A stretch of DNA of 64,000 bases from Blasia pusilla (lineage: Eukaryota). The DNA is taken from NCBI GenBank assembly GCA_050084515.1, contig CM114271.1:2356001-2420000 (forward strand). Reading direction: 5' to 3'. The position numbers and the translations under genes are program-made. Below the pieces are notes generated by a model. That model was not told the origin of the DNA, did not search any database, and saw only the letters and a program-made list of their open reading frames with translations. Positions 49,831 through 61,254 of this stretch are shown here, one piece after another (position 1 is the stretch's first letter; each line of letters begins with the position of its first letter).

Positions 49831-52800
49831 GTATCATCCATGCCGTCATGTCCACGAGTTGGACCATTGCCTCGTGGTGGTCAATATGTATTGGTCAAGT
49901 AGGGCGAGGAGAGATAGGCACCCATGGACTTCTTGGGACGTCGTTTGAGCAGAGAGTGCAAAGGCGGCTAGAGTAGCACATGTTCATTTTTTGGATGTGG
50001 AGCATGGTGTAGGAGGTCAGAGTGGAGTGGCTGTTGCGGAGGTGGCTAGGGTTGCTACATAGCAACCAAAGCCGGAGGTTGCGTCCTCTCCGAGTGAGGT
50101 CACGATGGAGACTTGGAAGCCTGTGATAGGTCTCAAGTTGATAGGAGGAGAGCAACGGCGAGTTCATAGGTTTCTGAGAGGGCATGTGAGTTGTTTTGCC
50201 TTCTGTATGAGAGACTTGGGTACGCTGAAGGGTCCCGGGATATGGATTGAGTTGGCTAGTGATATGCCAATCTTTCGTTGACCCTACAGGTATTCTGACA
50301 AGGAGCAAGCCTTGATTCAGAGCAAGAGTCAGGACTTGTTGGAGGCAGGACTTGTGGAGTTATCACATGGGGAGTATGCATCTGCCACAGCCATGCCGGC
50401 AAAGAAGGATATGTATGGCAATTGGACGGATAGGCGAATGTGTGGAGATTACCATCCTATCAACCGACAGACGAGGTCAGATTGGTACGCCATGCCTACT
50501 CCTGAGGAGATCTGTGATGCGGTAGGGCATGCAAAGATCTTCAGTACTTTAGATCTCCGTGCTGGCTATCATCAGCTTCCTATCAGGTTGGAGGACAGGG
50601 AGAAGACAACATTTAGGGGGATAGATCGGTTCGGGAGAGATTGCTTGTATCAATGGTGGTTCTTACCATTTGGGTTGAAGAACGTGCCTTCAGAGTTTCA
50701 GAGAGTGATGGATAGTATTTTGGCTGGATTGGATTCTGTACGATGTTACATAGATGATATTCTTATCTTCAGTTCCACGGTTGAGGAGCATGAGCAACAC
50801 TTGGAGGAGGTGTTTCACGATTGCAGTTACATGGACTGAAGTTACATCCAAGCAAATGCAGATTCTTTCAGGAGCAGATTGAGTACTTGGGACACACCAT
50901 ATACCCGAGTGGGTTAGGCGTTCAACTGACAAAGGTAGAGGCTATTGCGCAGATTCCATGCCCTACAGATGTGAGTCGAGTCCGAGCATTTCTTGGACTG
51001 GCAAACTACTATCGACGGTATGTCAAGGGTTTTAGTGCGATCGCAAAGTCTTTGACCTTGTTGACGAGACTTGATCAGGTTTGGTTGTGGGGAGATGAAC
51101 AGGAGCGAGCATTTCAGGAGCTCAAGGACAAGTTGACGTCCTCACCCAATTTACAGAGACTGGTTAGGGGTCACCCATTCCAGTTACATACGGATTGGAG
51201 CATGTTGGGTCTAGGAGCAGTGCTTACTCAGAGGGATGACGAGGAGAGGGAGTTTGTTGTGGTTTACGCGAGCCGATCGAACAACATTGCAGAGGCGAAG
51301 TACATCTCCTACAAGGGAGAGTGCTTGGCTGTAGTGTGGGTTGTGGCACATTTTAGGTGCTATTTATTCGGCAACCCTTTCACACTTATCACTGAGTCCG
51401 ACAAGCTTACGGGAAAGCTTGCCAGGTGGGCTCTATTACTATAGGAGTATGAGTTTGAGGTGGTTCATAGGCCAGGTCGGCTGAACCAGGATGCGGATGG
51501 GTTGAGTCGTAATCCATGTCCGAGTCAGAGAGACGACATAGTAGCTCGATGGCACGGAGAGAGTGATGAGGAGATGGTGCCCGGTCGGCATGCATATGCC
51601 TATCTTTGTTGGTTGACTATGGCAGGTCAGCCACAAGTGATGACTCTAGTGGTGGGGTTGGATGATGAGTCTTTGGATCCGGAGGTTAGTGAGGAGGTGA
51701 CAGATGGTCGTGATATCCATGACGACGTGGAGGTTGTGGAGTTCTTGCGCAGTGGCGTCATTGTGAGTACAGTGAGTGCTAGGGAGCGGGATCGGATCCT
51801 ATAGAGAGCCAAGAGGTTCAGGTGGGAGGGGACTCACATTTTGCGGGTATGGGGAGATGGTAGGATACGAGTGGTACCTCATCCTTCCTAGCAAGCACGT
51901 GTAGTGCGACATGCCCATGAGGAGTTGGGACATTTCGAGTAAAGCGACTTACTGACTTACTCCGGTTCGATATTGGTGGCGCGGCATGCATATTGGGGTG
52001 CCGAGTTTGTGGCGGATGTATGGTATGTGACAGAGTGCGAGCATCCTTCAATGCTCCCACTCATAGATTACATCCTTTTCCGATTATGGGTTTAGGTTAT
52101 CGGTGGAGTTTAGACTTTACGGGACCTTTGCCATTGACGGGACGTCATCATCGGTACGTGTTGGTCATGGTGGATCATTTCTCCAAGTGGATAGAGTTGG
52201 TGGCGCTACCAAAAAAGGCAAGCAAGGGAACAGCTTATGCGTTTCTAGATCGTGTGCTTAGTCACTTTGGTGCACCGGCGGAGGTGTTGACTGACCAGGG
52301 TATCGAGTTCTGGGGAGAGTTTCAGGCCTTGTGTGATCAGGGGCTGATAGATCATTGCACCACGTCTAGAGATCATCCTGAGGCGGATGGGTTGGCGGAG
52401 AGAGTGGTACAGATGGTGAAGAGAGGATTGCGCAAGCAAAGCTTGCAGCGGGGACACTTGAGGGAGTGGGACCTACAGTTGCCATGGTTGGCTATGGGTT
52501 ATCGCTTTAGTCGGCAGGCATCCTTGGCGTCATTTTCACCGTACTTTTTGCTCTTTGGGAGAGAGCCAGATTTACCTGCAGCAATTCGACGTGACATGGC
52601 GGAGGTGTTAGATCTTGTTGATCTAGATGTGTGGGTACAAGCATGTTCTCAGAGAGCAGAAGTTTTTCGTAGAATTTTGCCTATGGCCTTTGAGAACTTA
52701 GCTATTGCCCAGCATACAGATACATTGAGGTACGCGACCATTCGTGGAGGAGGTTATCATCCAGGGATTAGGAGGTTTCATCCTGGAGATTAGGTGTATT

Positions 52801-53004
52801 TACAGCAGGAGGCACCCACGACGCTAGATGTCACTGTAGGGCGCACGATCCTACGTGTGCGCGAGGTATTACCGACCGGAGTCCTCATGTTGGAGGGACG
52901 GGATGGTATGGTTTGGAAGGATCATGTGCGCAATTATGTGCCATGTCATCTTTCAAACGTAGATGGGACAGTGGATCCGAGCTTGGGAGTGGTACTTGCA
53001 AGCT

Positions 53005-53150
53005 TGAGGTGTATGTTGTGCAGATCTGCGAGGGATGCAGCCACCATGTTGGTATGTGATGGTTGTTCTCGAGGGTGGCATATGTCATGTCTGACCCCTT
53101 CTCTTGATGTGGTTCCCACCGGACAATGGATGTGTCCGAGATGTGTAAAG
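53005..53150 (+). other. PHD finger at the integrase C-terminus of element B (degenerate copy at 12643-12790 in A)
   Basis: RCMLCRSARDAATMLVCDGCSRGWHMSCLTPSLDVVPTGQWMCPRC shows C4HC3 spacing with the conserved W before the last CxxC. Confidence 0.93.
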
Positions 53151-53216
53151 GATAGTAGGTCATGTCAGAGAGATGTGATATTTTCTACCTGGAGTTGGGG
53201 GGATCCAAGTGCCAGC

Positions 53217-53986
53217 TAGGGGGGCGGTTGTATGATCTCCATGTATATGTATGAGTTGATTTTTTTACATGTGTGGATCGACCCATGTGTGGGGAAGATC
53301 GGAGTTTTGTGGTGTAGATGTGACCAACGATGTATGTTGTGTAGCGATATGTATGCGCACGATAGTTGTCATATATGAGTAGCCGATAGGCCGAGATCTA
53401 TCGTGGATAGGGCATAGGAGCCAACGGACTATCTTGAGTGTAACTTTATCCCACGGTGTCGGATGATGTTGAGAATAGGTCCATTGTGTCAGGAACGTCG
53501 TTTTTGACAATTTTCATGTTGAGGTCTTTTACGGCCGGGTGACTTGCTGACCAGATCACCCGCCTCTGGTAACCTGTGTGCGCGCACGTAACCAAGGGGA
53601 GGGCTATTTTTAGGGGAAAAGCCTTTTGGCTCTTCCCAACCCTATATAAGAGAGGAAGATGGCTTTCCTAAGCCATCTTTCTCATGTTGGGCCGTTGGAG
53701 CACCTCCCTTGTATGTGTGTGAGATAGGACTAGGGTGCTAGCGTCCGGATTCCATGATAGCTCAGGGTGAACGAGGCTCGATATGTCGATGTAGATTGAG
53801 GAGTGGAGTTTTAGGCCGGGTGTGCCGTTTTTACTACTCTTTATTTTTGTTGTGTGATCTCCATGTATATGTATGAGTTGATTTTTGTACATGTGTGGAT
53901 CGACCCGTGTGTGGGAAAGATCGGTGTTGTGTGGTGTAGATGTGACCAGCGATGTATGTTGTGTAGTGATATATATGCGCACGACA
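53217..53986 (+). repeat. 3' terminal block of element B: PPT-like TAGGGGGGCGG, B1 (53229-53364), GT spacer, A2 (53367-53848), B2 (53851-53986)
   Basis: B1 and B2 are near-identical ~135 bp direct repeats ending GCGCACGAYA; A2 matches A1. Confidence 0.92.
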
Positions 53987-56290
53987 ACCATCTCTCAACT
54001 TCTCTCTATTCCTTTCATGACCTACTCATACAATAACGAATTGAATTGATCTTGTTCCATCTGACTTCTAATACGGGCATAATGAGACCCATCATCCATG
54101 ACTTTGGTCTCCATTCTAGATTCTATGATGTAAGGTTGCCCAAGAATCATAGGATAAGCATCTCCATTTTGAACAAAGAAATTTTGCTCAATTAACACAT
54201 CTCCGATACGGGTTTTGACTGATGGACAAGCACCGTAGAGTTCACCTTTTTGGTTGTTAGCCGCTCGTAGTACCCATCCATGCCATGTATCAATTGGCCA
54301 CATCCCTTTGTCGTATACACTTCGTGACATGATGTTGATCTCCAAACCATGATCAACGAGAGCCAGAACTGACTCTTGGAGAGAGCCGAGTCAAACTCTA
54401 GCCTCCGTCGTTGCACGCGCCCAATATGACCGAGAATAGTGTCCACCATTGTGTCTTTCTTCACCTTGTTCTGTCAAGGCTTCTCCTACTCTCGCCTCTT
54501 CTCCTTGTAAGTCAAGCTTTTGTCCAAAAACTTGGCAAAGCTCTTCATCTTCTTCTTTTGTGATGTCAGTATCCAATGCCCTCACCATTACCATATCTGC
54601 AGTCATCTGCCTTTTCCTTTTGATCACATCTATGATCAACTCATGAAAGTCACGTTTGGCTATGCCCAAGACTTCCCTCAAAGAAAACTCTATTTTTGCA
54701 TCCAAAATCCTTTCCTCAAGAATCTCCTTTAAATTCGTGCTTGTCTCTATATCAGACTGCAACTTGTATGTAGGAGTCTTACCCTTGGTCTTCTGGGAAG
54801 ACATCAATTCTTTCTCCTTCATTCCACCTTCTTTCATCTGAGAATCCATCATAAATTCAGATGTAGAAGGCCCTTCTTCTCTTGATGGTTGCGCCTCTGG
54901 TTGCCCTTTCCTTCTTACGGTCCTTGCTCTTCTTGCAACTTCCTCGAGATCAACACCATCATTATCGCGTCTCCTCTTCTCCTCCATACTAGCATTTTGC
55001 CAACTCACATGTTTCTCTTGTGCTAGGTATGCTTTTACACACCCAATTTCCACTGGATCATCCCATCCAGTCAGATGACGGATAGTCTCTGCCCTTCGTA
55101 TCATCACTTCTCGAGGAAATTGTAATGATTCACTTTTAGCTACAGATACAATAGGCGCTTCTATTTTTACTGCAAAGGTATCAGAATCTAATGCCGTAGT
55201 GGCAACTCCTACTTGACTTCTCACTAAGCCTTTCATTCCTCCTCTACCAAAGTTGGTATTCAACGGCATACCATTCTGCGTTGAATGAATCTTCCCATCT
55301 TTGAACTTTACTATTCCATTCCTAAGAGCTTCTGAAAACTCCTCACATTCTCGACGTTGATGTTCAACACTATTACACCATATATATCTTCTCACAAAGT
55401 TCCTACTTGTTGAAGGAGCACCAACACTAGGATTCATATTAAGTTTAAGCTCTGCCATTTCTACTCTCAATTCTCTCAAACCTTTCACCAACTCATCTAT
55501 AGCAGAATCTTCAAGTTTTGTTGAAACGGGCTTAGGCAATGGATTTGAAATTAATACCTCCAACTTGAATAGTGCGGTTCTACCTCTACTTTGATTTTGC
55601 TTTGTAAGGATAGCAACAGCTTCTTCCACTTTCTTCCAATTAGTGCTGACACCTCCTTCTTCGGTCTTGTCCGCCAACATTATGAAAAGCTTGTCCTCCA
55701 AATTCTCGTCAGCCGCCTCAAGGAATAACTCAGTTTTCCTCAAGTCTAGAGTTGCTCTTTCGGAAGAAGACAGTTGAAAAAATCGCTTCTCAAACTCACG
55801 CAATAATTCATTTGGAGTCATTCCCTTCCCTAGACGTTGCTCTATCCATTCTAAAAAACTCCTCTTAGTCACCCGATCCACATCATCATCGAAGAATTCT
55901 CCTTTCAGCAACTGCTCTTATTCCTCCCACGAGGTCGGATTTTCTCCTCTCAACTTCTTCACTTGACTACGAATCTCTAGTATTACAGCTAACTCAAAAC
56001 TTGACACCATATCACCTTGGAGTATACGATTTACCTCCATCTCACAAACGTACTCTCGAACATACTTGATGATGTTTCTCCCATCAAATCTTCCTAACTT
56101 CTTTACAATCGCTTGAAGAGCCCTTGTTGATCTTTGCTCTCCTATGTGAACTCCTCCTTGTTGGCTCAACAATATTGTCAAAGTTCGGAAAAGATCCTCA
56201 GCTCCCTCAGTTCCCATTCATGAAGTACTTCCAAAAGTAGTCATCTTGATCAGACTCCAACTTGCAAACATAATCTACCGCCTCAAAGAT

Positions 56291-56308
56291 CTCTCAGTGG
56301 AAGCACCA
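56291..56308 (-). promoter_or_regulatory. Primer-binding site of element C (TGGTGCTTCCACTGAGAG), tentatively tRNA-Thr
   Basis: Starts with TGG 2 nt inside the LTR end. Its complement CTCTCAGTGGAAGCACCA resembles plant tRNA-Thr 3' ends as I recall them; tRNA identity not verified. Confidence 0.65.
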
Positions 56309-57588
56309 TTTGTCGTGTTGAGAGCCTTTCTTCGAGTAAGGGCAAGCCTTCTAGCTGAAGAAGACGCGGTCGATACAAGATGAATTCTCTGAGAAGATCT
56401 CCTTTTTCAATATAAAATTATTATGTATACTCTCCATTCTCTCACGACAGGTATCACAAATGGAAGTGCCAAGGCGATCACTTCTTCGTAACATCGGACC
56501 CCAAAATTCCTAACTATAAAATCCCTATAAACTATTTTACGCTTGTATACGAGGAAGATAGCACAATTAGTATTAAACCCTACTTGAGTAGGCCTATTGA
56601 TGTCCATGGATTGCTATATAAGGGCATACAAAGTACAATCCTATGTCCTTCCATATGTGACGATAGGAAGGATCATCGGAGTTGGAGATTGAATGACCTG
56701 GTTCATGAACGCCTCCCCAAAGTGATAAAGTAAATAGCGAGTGAACCAGTGCCTATCTACAAAGAGTATCTTAACATGGTATGGATTGAGGAAAGGAAAG
56801 TCGGGCTCAACTCGTGCTCCACCCTATCCATGCTTGACAGACATTCTCTACTCTCCTCAAGAATGGGTTTTGGCGGAGTTATTCTCCCAAGAGGGCTAAT
56901 CCACTCTCATTGGGGAAGTAACAAGCCAAAACATTCACTATTTTAGTATGACTAAACTCCTCTAAGGTGAAAAACCTCTCATCTCCACACACACACACCA
57001 CACTCTAGAAACCTCTCGAAGAATAGACCATGCTCAAGTTACTCTCCCAAGAGGGGTGATCCACTCTCATTAGAAGATCAAGCAATCCCAAAGTCATACA
57101 CTCAAGAGTGACACGAAAGACTCAAGATGTGGAATAGAAGGTGATGAACCCTTGAAGGTCCCTCCTCTTTATATACTCACAAGAGACCCACAAGAGTACG
57201 AAATAGAGTTAATCTTATCTTGTGCCACATGGCTTCCTCTCAAGGCTTAGCCAATCATATTTTGACACAAGTAGATTTTCTCTTATCTCTTCCAAAATAT
57301 CCTCTTTTACCCACTTGATATTTTCCAAATTACCCCAACTAACCTAGCCACCAACCAATCCTACTTTTTATTTTCATTAAAGCACCAACCTCACTACTTT
57401 ACTTTTATAAAGTTATCTTTTATTTATTACCTCTTTCCTAGAGGTGGGCCCGCATAAAAGAGGCACCATAAAGACGTTTAAACATGGGGATTTCTTTTCT
57501 CTAAGTTAATTTACTTAATACTAATAAAACTCTATCTAACACTTAACGAGGAAGGGGTTTACACACTGGTTGATTTTACTATACGACA

Positions 57589-58718
57589 TTCACCCCCTCC
57601 AAACTTGCACATCCTCCGGTATGTGCCGAAAATATCGAGACTTCTTGCTATTTTACTCAAACTTATTTTTGTTGTGCCTCTAGACAGATTGAATCGAAAT
57701 CAAGAAATCCCTCACGTCTACGGAAAATCTTGACCCTTTTTCCTGCAATTGGCAATTTGAGAATTGTGCCATCTAGTTCACGTAGTTTGTAAGTGGCATT
57801 GCCAAAGCAAAGACTACAACGTATGGACCAAACCAACGACGTGCAAACTTCTTAATTGTACTATGCTGGTTGTCGAGGCTATTGTCGTGTACCAAGACCC
57901 AATCTCCTTCTCTTATAGGCTCATTCCGAAGTCGATGCGTTTTGTCGAAGCGCTCCTTATTTTTCAACCTTTGTTCCTTCATTTTGACTAATGCTTCTGC
58001 AATATCTTCTTCCCGCCGCTCTAGCTGCTGCATTCGGAGTGCTAGGAGCTCTTTCCTATCGAGCCCGTCTTCCCACGGCAAACCCATCCAAGTGGGTATA
58101 TCTCCTTCTGCTGGCATTATCGGCTTTTGACCTATCATCAACTCTGTAGGCGTGAACCCTGTAATAGTGTTGTGAGTGGTTCTATGTGCCCATAAAGCAA
58201 ATGGAAGCAATCTAGACCAGTCAGCATAACGATCTCCACACGCCTTTACCAATGCTTGAATGATTGGCGGATGTCCCCTCTCGCTCTTGCCGTTTGTCTC
58301 CGGATTCATGGATATTGTTAATCTCAACTAGACTCCATATCTCTTAAAGAACTCTTGTGCTTCCTCTGCATTCAACTCACCTCTATCTGCACGGATTCTC
58401 CCGACACTCCCATATCGAGCAACAATATCCTCTAGAATAAAACAAGATATAGACTCTGTGGTTTTAGCCCGTAAAGCCCTCCCTTCTATAAAGTTGGACA
58501 ACTCTTCTCGTGCTAGGACTAGATAATGCATTCCCCAAAGACCTAGTGGCATAGCAACTACATCTATAACCCATTGATGATGAATAGACAAAGGATATGT
58601 GGGTTTAAGTTCATCTCTCATCATGATTTTTGATTGAAACTGACATTCAACACATGACCCAACATATCTCTCAACATCCTTATATAGGCCAACATATCTC
58701 TCAACATCCTTATATAGG
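57589..58718 (-). mobile_element. Second family C copy (integrase 3' part and PPT) sharing LTR 56311-57588 in tandem
   Basis: Integrase ORFs 58328-58624 and 57773-58327 (WFGPY) are near-identical to 41400-41860. PPT GGAGGGGGTG (57591-57600) abuts the LTR. A 30-bp tandem duplication lies at the breakpoint (58659-58718). Confidence 0.88.
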
Positions 58719-60412
58719 CGATTGCACTCGTCAGGGTCATAGACACGTGCCTCAACATGGAGGAGGAGATGATGCTACACCAGGAGGTTATCACTGTGAT
58801 TATTGTGAGAAGTACAGTCACACACGCGCTAGATGTTTCAACTTACACCTTGAGTTACGTCTGGATTGAGGGCTAGAGAGGGCACTTGAGCGAGTAGTTG
58901 GTCCATGTGCGCCTAGAGGTGGTGCATCAGGTGGATCCATTGGGGGATAAGGAGTTGGAGTTTCCCCAGGTGATGGTGGAGTTTCCTATGGAGGAGGTAG
59001 AGTTCCATCACCTAGACCCGTCGAGGGAGACGTCGAGCATGAGGCTGGAATGGCTGCTCACATATAGCATCTGCAGCAGTAGATTGCCACTATGGCACTG
59101 AGGTTACTCGATGCCGAATCGGTGGCATCGACGTCATATGGTGCAGCTAGAGATATGGAGGATCTTGGTTGGATGTGTGGGATTGCCCAGATGGAGGCCC
59201 ATGCAGTTGTTATAGGTGGAGCAGCCGTAGAGTTGGATCCACAACGAGGGGAAGCCAAGGGTACAAACAAGGCTTCTTTAGTCTTTCACGTTGTCCGAGG
59301 CGATGAGGACCCCATCAATGGGTCCTGATCACAGTTCCCAGAGATTTGGTGATGTTGTTGGTGTGCAAGCACGGAGGGCGATGGGAGAAGAGAGTGCAAC
59401 AACTCCTATTGCTGATGCTCAAGAGGAGCATGTTTCGATAACTTCTATGGTGTATCGCGCTCCTTTATTTTTTGCTTCCGATATTATGATGTTGGGAGGT
59501 ACGCCCGCCGATGTTTTCCAACTGGCCGCTACGCTATGTCAGCATGGAGTTGGTGTTCTTACGTCACACTTAGGGATGATTGCAGAGGAGGTGATGGACC
59601 TGCCCTTTGAGCCTATGCTCGGGCCGTCCACATCAGATTTATGGCAGGCTGCAGCTGCTAGGATGGCGGAGATGCCCGCTAGATCCGCGATAGAGCCTGC
59701 CATGGATGCTCCTAGTGTTGTGTTACTGGAGGTCTTCCAAGTTGGTGAGTCCAAGAGATAGAGTTTTTAGTCCGCAAGGCGTCTTGTTGGATTAAGGAGC
59801 GCAGCCCCTGATGTTGGGCAAAGCGACATCCACAGGATTGGGCTTGACGAGAGCTGATGTGGAGCGTTGTCCATTTCGGATACAGAAATCCTTGGATGGA
59901 GCGAGTATCACACAGTATATCATCCGATAGGAGGTCGTGGTGAGCATTCTCGTGGGATATCCTACAGATGAGTCCATGGTGCGAGCCAAGGCGACAGTGA
60001 CCGATGTAGAGTCCTACGATGTCTTGGTTGGTGGAGCAGTGTTGTACCCGATGGGGTTTTCCCTGGATTATTGGGAGGAGGCAAGGTCCTACAGACCATG
60101 ATGGCAGTCTGGTAATGGCCGCCTTAGCTCATTACCCGTTCGATTCATCGGTGGAGTGATCGAGCGATGGCCAGGAGAGATGGCCCGGGATTGGAGATAT
60201 TTTGGTACTTCTCGCCTCTGTGTTTGGGTGTCATGAGTTAGCATGGGATTGTGCGTGTTTGTGTGTGTGTTCGGTGAGAGCGATGTATGTTGTATAGCAA
60301 TGTGTATGCGCACGACAGCCATTAACTTCCACCACGCTCTCATGCCCATAATTGGGTACTGCTTATATAAATAATTAAAAGTTCAAAAATTGAGTACTAG
60401 TTTACTAAATAA

Positions 60413-60820
60413 CTAGTAAGGTGCTCGTGCGATGTACGGGAAATAAAAAAGTGTTTGAAGAGTTAGAGTATAGCCCGTGAAGGGAAGAGATTAATGATGC
60501 TGCACATAAATTCAATTTTTTTCTTCTTGCCAGTAGCATGTGAAAGATTTTATCCCTAAATAATTATCATATGTCAAGGAGAGAGGTATTTACAAATCAA
60601 GAAGGCACTCTCCATAATAATATAGACAAGGTGCTCGTGCTATGCTCGGCAAATAAAAAAGTGTTGAAAGAGCTAATTCATTGCCCGTGAAGGGAAGAGA
60701 TTAATAATACTTCATATAAATTCAAATTATTTTTTTAATAGCCCATAACATATAAAACATTTGCAAATCGAGAAGATATTCTCTATTTGCAAATCCAGAA
60801 TCTCCCATAACAAATCAGAT
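60413..60820 (-). mobile_element. Two tandem short Helitron-like elements (60413-60626 and ~60628-60820)
   Basis: The first copy has a TCTATATTATTA 5' end and a hairpin (CCCGTACATCGCACGAG) plus CTAG 3' end; the second is a diverged copy. Same family as 11501-11681. Confidence 0.7.
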
Positions 60821-60927
60821 ACTGATTTTATAAATGATTAATACATATGTACATATTAACCATACTATCGTATACTATTAACCCTACTATTATTTCTCGC
60901 ACCTTTATTGTTTGAAAATAGCCTCAC

Positions 60928-60974
60928 TTTTCGAGCAGTCTACGCCTAGAAGATAGGCGTAGACTGCTCGAAAA
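60928..60974. repeat. Perfect 21-bp inverted repeat with a 5-nt loop
   Basis: TTTTCGAGCAGTCTACGCCTA-gaaga-TAGGCGTAGACTGCTCGAAAA. Confidence 0.95.
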
Positions 60975-61254
60975 CTCGTTTTTATCGAAGTGCATCTTTA
61001 TCCGAAGATAGGCCTATCTATATTGTCGTCATCTAGACCGCTCAACGGAGGTCGTCGTGCGCACCGACAGTACTTTTGTGCTCCCTTCTCTTGTGTGGGG
61101 TTGGGAATGACGTGATTGAGATGAGTTGACTCGTCTGAATGATTGAATGATTTCTTTTCTTCGACGAGTAGAAGAAATCGAGAAGCGAACTCGTGCGCTC
61201 GGAAGACCAGCAGGGAATCTGCCCCGGTTTCCTCTTAGGAATCCGGTTGTGGCC

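Larger units (their letters stand above)
44380..53986 (+). mobile_element. Gypsy element B, structurally complete (9.6 kb): A1-gag-PR-C5 DNA MTase-RT-RH-INT-PHD-PPT-B1-A2-B2; ORFs broken by stops and frameshifts
   Basis: TG...CA ends with 4-bp TSD ACCA (44376-44379 and 53987-53990); gag with CDHCQRYGHTWDRC knuckle (47119); VLLDSGAQ (47825-48502); MTase 48850-49830; RT 50312-50839; RH 50821-51444; INT 51880-52793; PHD in 52794-53219. Confidence 0.95.
39323..57588 (-). mobile_element. Gypsy element C (conventional LTR-gag-PR-RT-RH-INT), interrupted by element B and a solo LTR
   Basis: LTR 56311-57588 (TGTCG...CGACA) and partial LTR 39323-40165; PBS 56291-56308; gag 55918-56217 and 54391-55911; protease region 54022-54390; RT/RH MCTLPQG, FVDD, ITVDTS (42150-43717); integrase WAGHRG-CVEC, WVIDLV (41400-42140 and 40174-40411). 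Confidence 0.92.
34377..60317 (+). mobile_element. Gypsy element D (family A): outermost host of a 26 kb nest; A1 at 34377-34890, gag/PR remnant 58720-60185, terminal B repeat 60190-60317
   Basis: Starts TGTCAC, ends CACGACA, flanked by 4-bp TSD GCCA (34373-34376 and 60318-60321). Terminal repeats match element A. An internal deletion removes the MTase through A2. Confidence 0.8.

Noticed and set aside
44380-53986. DIRS/Ngaro/PAT classification because of the split direct repeats
   Set aside because: The element encodes an aspartic protease and an HHCC/DDE integrase, has TG...CA ends and a TSD, and no tyrosine recombinase is visible.
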